A stretch of 64,000 bases of DNA from an uncultured bacterium (lineage in GTDB: Bacteria; Patescibacteriota; Minisyncoccia; Phycocordibacterales; PALSA-1337). The first letter of the stretch is position 1. Every line of letters begins with the position of its first letter. The notes beneath the pieces are model-generated. The model was not told where the DNA came from. It worked only from the letters and a program-made list of their open reading frames with translations, and did no database searches. The stretch is taken from positions 15,275-79,274 of the forward strand of contig CAWKEA010000005.1 in the NCBI GenBank assembly GCA_963848635.1, in the 5' to 3' direction. The position numbers and the translations under genes are program-made. This document shows positions 19,178-27,200 of the stretch, piece by piece.

Positions 19178-20545
19178 ATGGATTTTTTACGCACCAGAAC
19201 CGCTCTTTTCTCGTTTTCTTTTTTTTATTCCTTTCTATTCTTTCTTTTACCTGCTGTCCACGCTCAAACGATGGCCTCCACAGCCTCGACTCAAGCGGCT
19301 TTGCAAGCCGAGCTTACCCAGGTAGAGGCTGAGGAAACCGCGGCTCAGACTCAATTGGAAAGCGCGCAGAACCAGACTGCATCCATCCAAAAAGACATCA
19401 ATGTATTGACCGCACAGATCAACGCCGCCAATCTCAAAATAAAGCAGGAGAATCTCATAATCCAGACCCTCGGCCAGAATATAAATCAGAAGCAGTCGAA
19501 TATCAACCAGCTTGAAGATCAAATCAGCAAAGGACATCAAACGCTCAGCGCTATCCTTGTCAAAATAAACGAGGCGGGCAATATCAACATCCCCGACATA
19601 CTTTTCAACTCGACCAACCTGGCGCAAACGATGTCGAGCTTTGACGGCTTCCAATCTGTTCAACAGGCTCTCGCGCAGACGTTCGAACAATTACGGTCCA
19701 ACGAGAGCGAGAATCAGAGCGAAAAAAACCAACTGACGACCCAGCAGAATCAAGAAGAAGACGCCAAGGCTGTCATTCAACAGCAAGAGTCCACTGTCCA
19801 GCTGGCGCAAAACCAAAAGCAACAGCTCTTGTCCGTCAGCAAGGAAAGCGAGAGCGCCTATAGCCAGCTCGTAACAGAAAAGAAGCAGAAAGCGGCGCAA
19901 ATACGCGCGGCGCTCTTCAACCTCGCCGGAACGAACGCGATATCATTCGGTGATGCTTTGAGCTATGCCAACACGGTTTATGCTGTCACTGGCGTGCCGC
20001 AGGCTTTTCTCCTCGCTATTCTGACCCAAGAAACCGGCATAGGAAAGAACGATGGCACCTGCTATCTGACGAATCCGAACGATGGCTCGGGCATCAACGC
20101 AAAAAACGGCGATATCGTATCGAATGTCATGAAGCCTTCGCGCGACGTCCAGCCATTCTTGACGATCACTCAATCGCTCGGATTGGACTATAAATCGATG
20201 CAGGTATCATGCCCGCAATCCATAGGCTACGGCGGCGCCATGGGTCCGGCACAATTCATCGCTTCGACATGGACACTCCTCATCAATAGGCTCGAGACTG
20301 CTCTTGGCATATCCACAGCACCTGATCCATGGCACCCGCTTGACGCATTCATGGCGTCCGGCCTGTACCTTTCCGACCTTGGCGCGGATTCGACCAGCTA
20401 TACCGCGCAAAAGAACGCCGCCTGCAAATATTATTCAGGTCATTCTTGCGGCGTTGTCTCGGGAGCGACTTCTTATGGGAATAGCGTCATGTCATTGGCA
20501 AATTCGATCCAGACGAATGAGATAGATCCGTTGAACGGACTCTAG
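19178..20545 (+). CDS. Secreted coiled-coil protein with C-terminal lytic transglycosylase-like domain
   Basis: Signal peptide, long Gln-rich coiled coil, AILTQET, GGAMGPAQFI and DAFMASGLYL. Confidence 0.8.
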   Translation: MDFLRTRTALFSFSFFYSFLFFLLPAVHAQTMASTASTQAALQAELTQVEAEETAAQTQLESAQNQTASIQKDINVLTAQINAANLKIKQENLIIQTLGQNINQKQSNINQLEDQISKGHQTLSAILVKINEAGNINIPDILFNSTNLAQTMSSFDGFQSVQQALAQTFEQLRSNESENQSEKNQLTTQQNQEEDAKAVIQQQESTVQLAQNQKQQLLSVSKESESAYSQLVTEKKQKAAQIRAALFNLAGTNAISFGDALSYANTVYAVTGVPQAFLLAILTQETGIGKNDGTCYLTNPNDGSGINAKNGDIVSNVMKPSRDVQPFLTITQSLGLDYKSMQVSCPQSIGYGGAMGPAQFIASTWTLLINRLETALGISTAPDPWHPLDAFMASGLYLSDLGADSTSYTAQKNAACKYYSGHSCGVVSGATSYGNSVMSLANSIQTNEIDPLNGL

Positions 20546-20582
20546 GAATTGGGCTAATTTTCACTTATCCACAGGACAGAGC

Positions 20583-20611
20583 TTGCAAGTGAACGATTGT
20601 TCACTTATACT
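20583..20611 (+). promoter_or_regulatory. Sigma70 promoter with LexA-type operator in the spacer
   Basis: TTGCAA-17-TATACT; palindrome AAGTGAAC-GATT-GTTCACTT (20587-20606); DnaA-box TTATCCACA at 20565-20573. Confidence 0.8.
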
Positions 20612-20643
20612 ATATCTATTATAGGTTAAGCAATAAAAAAGCC

Positions 20644-20850
20644 ATGAGTAGCTATAAAACATTCAAGGTGATCAAAAGCGAGCTCGCAAAGCTCAATCAT
20701 AGGATAGATCTCAAGATCATCCAGGGAGTTCCATATTACAATGAGGCGCGCCGGCACAAATTCTTGCGCGCACAGTTACAGGACCTTTCTCTGCGAAAAA
20801 GTCCTTGGTTGCGGAGTTCGCTTCGGTTCGCCAGCCTGTTTATGTTCTGA
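20644..20850 (+). CDS. Small basic hypothetical protein, first gene of the lexA operon
   Basis: 68-aa ORF between the operator and lexA. Confidence 0.65.
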   Translation: MSSYKTFKVIKSELAKLNHRIDLKIIQGVPYYNEARRHKFLRAQLQDLSLRKSPWLRSSLRFASLFMF

Positions 20851-20871
20851 CCTTCGTGTTTTAATACAAGC

Positions 20872-21438
20872 ATGAATAACCACAAAGACAAGATATTTGG
20901 TTTTTACGCCACCAACAAGCGCATGCCGAGCTATGCGGAGATCATGCGCCTCGTCGGTTTCAAGTCAAAGAACGCAGTCTACAAGCTCGTCAATCGTCTT
21001 GTCGCTGAAGGCATCGTCCTGAAAGACAAGACTGGTCGCCTTATACCCAGCCGCCTTTTTGGCGAGGTGCCACTGCTTGGTCTCGTCGAAGCTGGTTTCC
21101 CATCAGTAGCCGAAGAGACGCCGCTCGATAGTCTGAGTCTTGATGATTATTTGATCGAAAAGAAAGACAAGACATATCTATTAGAGGTAAAAGGGGACTC
21201 GATGATCGATGCCGGCATCCGTGAGGGTGATTATGTTCTGGCTGAGCGAGGCAAGGAAGCCCGACCAGGCGATATCGTCATAGCATGTGTCGATGATGGT
21301 TGGACGATGAAATATCTGCGTCACGATAAATCAGGCAAGCCTTTCCTCGAGCCTGCGAACAAAAAATACCAGCCGATATATCCCGAACAGTCGCTCGATA
21401 TAGCCGCGGTGGTGAGGGGGGTAGTGAGGAAATATTGA
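20872..21438 (+). CDS. lexA: LexA-family repressor (wHTH plus S24 peptidase)
   Basis: MPSYAEIM..GFKS, VEAG cleavage site, GDSM Ser and TMK Lys. Confidence 0.85.
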   Translation: MNNHKDKIFGFYATNKRMPSYAEIMRLVGFKSKNAVYKLVNRLVAEGIVLKDKTGRLIPSRLFGEVPLLGLVEAGFPSVAEETPLDSLSLDDYLIEKKDKTYLLEVKGDSMIDAGIREGDYVLAERGKEARPGDIVIACVDDGWTMKYLRHDKSGKPFLEPANKKYQPIYPEQSLDIAAVVRGVVRKY

Positions 21439-21448
21439 TTATTTTTAT

Positions 21449-22105
21449 ATGTATAACCGCGCTAAACTTCATTTTAAAAAAGCTGACCCAATCCTGTACC
21501 AGTCAGCCCAACTGCACGATATCGCCGATATCCGACGTTCAAAGGACGTCTTTGGAGATCTTATACGTGCAATCGTGAATCAGCAACTTTCTAGCAAAGC
21601 CGCAGATACTATTTATAGCAGGCTCGAATCTCTTGTTCATAACAGATCCAAAAGCAAGGAGGGAAGAGGGAAGTTTGGAAAAAGCAGATCTCCTGTCCTT
21701 GATCCAAGGTCGATCGCTGGCCTAAAGGCGTCCTCTCTACGAAAATGCGGCCTTTCTAGCGCCAAAGCCGCTACAATCAAAGGCGTGGCAAAAGCGATCA
21801 TCGACGGAGAAATCGATCTTTCCACGATCCACACACTTACCGATGAAAAAATCATCGACCTTTTGACTTCATTAAAAGGCATCGGCCAGTGGACTGCGGA
21901 AATGATCCTGATGTCCTCGCTTGGCCGTATCGATATTTTTTCTAAAGGCGATCTTGGCCTGCGCAAAGGCATCATGCGTCTCTACGGGTTAAAAAAGATG
22001 CCGAGCGATATGACAATGGAAAGACTGGGCAAGGCTTGGTCGCCATATCGCACTTATGCGGCGCGTCTCTTATGGAAAGTTGCCGATGAAGCAAAGGACA
22101 AATAG
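21449..22105 (+). CDS. alkA: DNA-3-methyladenine glycosylase II (HhH-GPD)
   Basis: IVNQQLS, LKGIGQWTAEM, GDLGLR and WSPYRTYAARLLW. Confidence 0.88.
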   Translation: MYNRAKLHFKKADPILYQSAQLHDIADIRRSKDVFGDLIRAIVNQQLSSKAADTIYSRLESLVHNRSKSKEGRGKFGKSRSPVLDPRSIAGLKASSLRKCGLSSAKAATIKGVAKAIIDGEIDLSTIHTLTDEKIIDLLTSLKGIGQWTAEMILMSSLGRIDIFSKGDLGLRKGIMRLYGLKKMPSDMTMERLGKAWSPYRTYAARLLWKVADEAKDK

Positions 22106-22314
22106 CTGATATTATTCGGAACATCACTTCGCCTTTCAAATCTGAACGGGATGCTCTGCGTTGTCCTGTGCGTCATCTCAAGATCTCATAATGTGCGCCG
22201 TCTGGGATGAAGTGGAAACCTTTCTCACATTGAATAGTCTACCATAAACAGTAAACCCCAGACCGAATTGTCTGAGGTGAAGTTATACGCATATCTTCAA
22301 AGCGTTGCATGTTA

Positions 22315-22887
22315 TTACTTGCGATCTTTGTCTTCAGGCCTGTGCACGTTATCAACCCGAGTAAGTATGAGATCGTTCAGAGTCTCAACGCCTCGGAGGA
22401 AGCTCCTCAGGGAGCAGGCGTACTTGAATACACCAAGCTTATCTCCCTTAAGTAACCTCTGTTTGATCTCTTCCAGGCAACCCTGGGCAAATTCAAACCC
22501 TTCTCCGTCTCTGACCTTGAACTCAACGAGCTTGCAAAGTGCCAGATCAATATTTTCAATGATTTCACCTTTGAACTGTTCATTGAACTGACTGTTCTCG
22601 TTGATTGCTTGCTCTGCGAGGTTCCCCGCACGATCCGCAACATTTGAAGCGGCCATCCGGAAGTTACTGACTCCATCTTCGCTACCGTAGCAATCCCAGG
22701 CACGAAGCATGTTTCTGACCGCGAAGCACTTCTCGTAGGATTGGAGGAAGGCGATTTTCTCGATATCTTCCACTCCTTGCGGAACAATCTTATGACTGTC
22801 TGCAAGAATGGCGCGGACTACCCATTCACCACCAAGCTTATTGACCAATGCTTCAATCTGACCGAGGTTTAATTTACCGTATTTCAT
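22315..22887 (-). CDS. Hypothetical protein (MKYGKLNLGQIEALVNKLGG N-terminus)
   Basis: 190-aa ORF with an SD-like GGAAAGGAA, its own promoter and a structured leader. Confidence 0.65.
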   Translation of the reverse strand: MKYGKLNLGQIEALVNKLGGEWVVRAILADSHKIVPQGVEDIEKIAFLQSYEKCFAVRNMLRAWDCYGSEDGVSNFRMAASNVADRAGNLAEQAINENSQFNEQFKGEIIENIDLALCKLVEFKVRDGEGFEFAQGCLEEIKQRLLKGDKLGVFKYACSLRSFLRGVETLNDLILTRVDNVHRPEDKDRK

Positions 22888-23236
22888 CTGTTTCCTTTCC
22901 TCGACGGTTGTCGAGAAACTTCTCACTGCCCGTGAGTCGAGGGGGTTGCTTTCGCAACATCATTGCTAGATGACTTGGCCAAAGGTTTCGTCATAGCAGA
23001 GAATGGCCTAAAAATAAGCCGCTTTCTGCTATGACGAATGCAAGTAATTTCAATGTTCTATCCTAGTGTAAGTATAGCACCTTCTACACTATTTATCAAT
23101 ACTTTAACGATTTCGTCAAATATGTGTCTTAGTATGGCTCTATTAAGCCACCCTGTTAACCACAGTAGTCCTTCGCCCCCGCTCGACTATCTCTGAAGGT
23201 TAGGTGACTCATGGTCGCGGGCACTAGAAGTAGTGG

Positions 23237-23500
23237 ATGTTCACTTCCTTCTCACGGAACCATATTCCGCCTGACGACGAGCAAAAGCGTAAAGTAATCG
23301 AAAAGTTACTTTGGAACCTTTCGATCAAAAATCAAACCGTTGCTCAACACAGTTTCAAAAGCCCTTATTCCATTCTCGCTAAATCACCCAAAACAGGCGA
23401 TAATTTAACAATGTGCCGGGGAGAGGACTTGAACCTCCATGGATTACTCCGCTTGCTCCTAAAGCAAGTGCGTCTGCCAATTTCGCCACCCCGGCGATAG
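23237..23500 (+). pseudogene. Probable C-terminal remnant of a site-specific recombinase reading antisense into tRNA-Leu
   Basis: KRKVIEKLLWNLSIKNQ...FKSPYSILAK resembles large serine recombinase tails (recognised by eye). The frame crosses the tRNA 3' end. Confidence 0.5.
23414..23495 (-). tRNA. tRNA-Leu (TAG)
   Basis: GCCGGGG acceptor, anticodon arm CTTGC-TTTAGGA-GCAAG, long variable arm and TTCAAGT T loop. Confidence 0.95.
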
Positions 23501-23699
23501 TGATTCAAAAGCATCATCAACATGAGCAGGCATGCCTTCACATTATCATGTTTTACGAAGCCTTCCAATTGTTTGACCTTCAATCGACATTTTAATCTTA
23601 TTTAATAGATACATCTCTGCTATGTTCTGAAATAACAGATCCACTTGTATATATCCACAAGGTCTTGCCGGAAATTTAACTATATGTTAGAATATTTTC

Positions 23700-23821
23700 A
23701 GAGCACATTCGTCTTGGTTCTTCGATGCGAGCTTGAGTGCGACCCGACGCAGAACCGATGCGAGCTCTAGAACCCGATGACCAGACCGGGAGCCCCCTTT
23801 TCGAAAGATTGGGGGGTTTTT
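23700..23821 (+). ncRNA. Candidate sRNA with internal direct repeats
   Basis: TTGCCG-17-TAGAAT with extended TG (23665-23693); CGATGCGAGCT twice; terminator at 23792-23821. Confidence 0.5.
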
Positions 23822-23854
23822 ATATGCAAAAATTATCAACTCCGAGGCCTTTTG

Positions 23855-23927
23855 TGCGCCCAGTAGGGATCGAACCTACGACCTTATCCTTAAGAGGGAT
23901 CTGCTCTACCAGCTGAGCTATGGGCGC
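23855..23927 (-). tRNA. tRNA-Lys (CTT)
   Basis: GCGCCCA acceptor, AGCTCAGCTGGTAGAGC D arm, loop CTCTTAA and GTTCGAT T loop. Confidence 0.95.
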
Positions 23928-24271
23928 GTTATCGTGATTACACCTCCATATTTTAGTATGGTTATGTTGAAAACTACTCAACGATCATGTTTCGGAAGCA
24001 ATCTAAAATTTAGCAGATTTTCAGGGGTTGTGCAATGTTTATTCCGGCTAGCGAGGAACGTGTGGACGAGTATTCTCGTACACAACGTCCGACAATTTAG
24101 TAAAATCCCTACTGGGTCGACGACGGATCAAACGAGTAAATACTCCGCAACTTGCTGCGCTAAGTAGCGAAGCTTCCATTTAATATCTCGTCAGCTTGTT
24201 GCGAGGCAGTTTATTCAAGTACAATTTTTATAAATAATAGGTTATAATCTTAGAATGACACTATCATTTAA

Positions 24272-27200
24272 ATGAAAACGATCGACCCTATTCTTGGTTT
24301 TGACAGAATTAATCTTATCGGAACTAAAAAAGCACGGTGGAGTACGATCGCACTATTCACGTTCATGTTTTTGGTGGGAGGTTTTCTTTTTGATATCAAT
24401 GGGGCCCAAGCGGCCACGAGTATATATTATTCAGTTGGTTCCAGCAATACTACCGATTACAAGACTGGCTCTCCCACAATTTCCATCGATGGAAGTGGCA
24501 ATGCAACATTTTCAGTCGCCCAGACAAATAATTCGATGGGTGTCGGCGATGTTATCAATTATAACGGCCAACAAGCCTATGTCACAGCCAAGACATCGAC
24601 CTCTATTTGGACAGTCGAAACTGCCATTGGCGCTTTGCCTCCGGCAACATCACCCGTACCTGTAACATCGATTACGCATGTTTTTAGTACTCTCAAAAGC
24701 GCACTGGGCGATGGGATTGCAGGCAATGTCACATCATCAAATTTCCTCAATACCTCCGACCTCGTAGCTAACAACTATGTCCTTAACGTTTCGCTTTATA
24801 ATGACACAGGAACACCAGAGACTGGAGATGGTAATATGACAATTGGAGGTTTTACGACGAGCGCCATCAACCATATATACATATACACTCCAACATCGAC
24901 AACCACCCAAGTGAACGCTAGCCAGCGACATAAAGGTGTATTTAATACTGCGATTGGCTATGCGCTTCAGGTCCCGGTCAATGCATATATTCTGACTATC
25001 ACCAATCCATATGTGACGATCGATGGCGTTCAAATAAATAATACCAACGGTCGCGGGTCGCTTTCATTGAACAACAATACTACTCTATCCAATGACATCA
25101 TTTTGGGTTCTGGGGATTATACACTCATATATGCCAGAGTGAATGACGTCGTGATGTATAATAATGTGATACAAGGCCCCAATACTATCGCCATTGATGC
25201 GGAGACAGCAGGTCAAACTGACTGGATATACAACAACACTTTTTATAACGTAGGCACAGCTATAGCGCTCAGCAATTGCAGTTTTGGTACGCAAATCAAA
25301 TTGATAAACAATATTTTTGCGTCAACAACTGCTCCCATGTCAGGTGCAGGCACCTGTGCGGCAGCGGGTTCAGATTATAACTCTACCGACGCAAGCTCAT
25401 TGGATTATTCTGTGACAGGAGGAGGCAATGTTCATGACCGCGTCAATCAGACATTTAATTTTTATGATCTTGCGAATAGCGATTTCGATCTGACGATATC
25501 AGATACAGGCGCCCTTGACCTCGGTACATCATCGCCATCGAATGATCCGGTGGTTCCATTTTCAACAGATATCTTAGGCACCAATCGTCCACAAGGGCCT
25601 GCATGGGATATCGGCGCGTTCGAGTACTTGCCATCGACATATGCAACCACTCCACCAGGTCTTTCCGGCGGTTCACCGGGTGGACAAATAGCCTACGGCA
25701 CAGCATCCCTTACTGTTTCCGTTAACACTAATGAGAATGCCACTTGCAAGTATGATGTTGTGGCTGGCACAGCGTACGCGTCTATGCCATACACATTCAC
25801 CAGTACCGGCGGAACGACTCACAGTTCAGCAATTTCTGGTCTACAAAATGGTCACGTATACAACTATTATGTCCGATGCCAAGACGCTTCTGGCAACACT
25901 AACATCAATGATTATGTGATTTCGTTCGAAGTGAATCAGGGCGTCGACGGTATCGTCTATGCTACGAGCTGTTCAAAGGAGGATACTAACTATGCCATGT
26001 CATTCGTCAATGCCGGCGACACGCTCAAGATCCCTGCGGGTGTTTGCGGCGGATACTCGTCATCCTTTGGTTTGGGGATATACAAAGCCATAACAGTTCA
26101 AGGAGCTGGAGAAGGGCAAACCATCATTGAAATAGCCTCGACTACGTCTGGAACATATTTTAATGGTGCCATCATACCTATTTATGCAGCTGCTACTGTC
26201 AGAGATTTGACCATCGAGACTGATACTTCTGGAAATAGCGGAACAGCCTTTACCGTAAATGCCAGCGGTTTTCGTATCACCAATGTCCAATATATTGACC
26301 AGACTCCCGCAGACACTGGTTATTTCGTCGGAGTCAGATCGGGCGTATATGGTCTTATCGATCACGATAGCGTAACTGGTGGAGCGGGTAACGATGAGCT
26401 TATTGTCGTCTACGGCCCTACAGACTCTTGGCAGACGCCGAATACCATGGGTAAATCTGAAGCACTTTATATCGAGGACTCTACGTTCAACAATAGCGGA
26501 TATGTTACTGATTGCAACTCAAATAGCCGATGTGTGGTTCGCCATAATGTCATCACTGGGCCTATAAAAGTAGACGGTCACGGCAAGGCAAGCGATACGC
26601 CTCCACGTGGCGTGAGACAATACGAGACATATGACAATACATGGACAAGCAGTGCGACCGCGTGGGCCGCAATAGAGATGCGAGGCGGTACGGGTATTAT
26701 ATTTGGTAATAAAGTGACGAATCAATCGCCTGGTGCAAATGCAGGATGGTTCTTTCTCACTGATTATGCGTACGGCGCGGCATGGCCAAACTTTGGTAGC
26801 GTATATCAATGTCTTAATAATTATCCCGTAGATGATCAGATCGGTGTCGGCGAAGACGCCAAGGTAGCCGCTAGCGAGCCATACTATATCTGGGGCAATA
26901 CTTTTGGTGGTTCTGCCTGGACGAGATCATTCAAGGCGATTCCTCCCACAAGTGTCAGCGGTTGTTCGGTGACGTTCACTGAAAGTCAAGTTATACAGTC
27001 TAACCGTGATTTTTACGCTGATGCAGGTTTTGATACGAATACTGGTTTGACCAGCGGTCCATTCTCATCTATTCCTTCGACGTGTACGATAGGATTTGGT
27101 TACTGGGCTACCGATCGAGGAGGGGACTGGGATGCATCTATTGGGACATCGAGCGCATCGAACGATGGCAGTCTGTATAAATGCACATCTACTAATACAT

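Noticed and set aside
23684-23770. 28-aa Cys-containing ORF MLEYFQ...RCEL
   Set aside because: Its ATG overlaps the extended -10 box, so it lies upstream of the predicted TSS.
24105-24116. ATCCCTACTGGG match to the tRNA-Lys 3' end as an att site
   Set aside because: It is only 12 bp, inverted relative to the tRNA and on its 5' side, with no integrase nearby.
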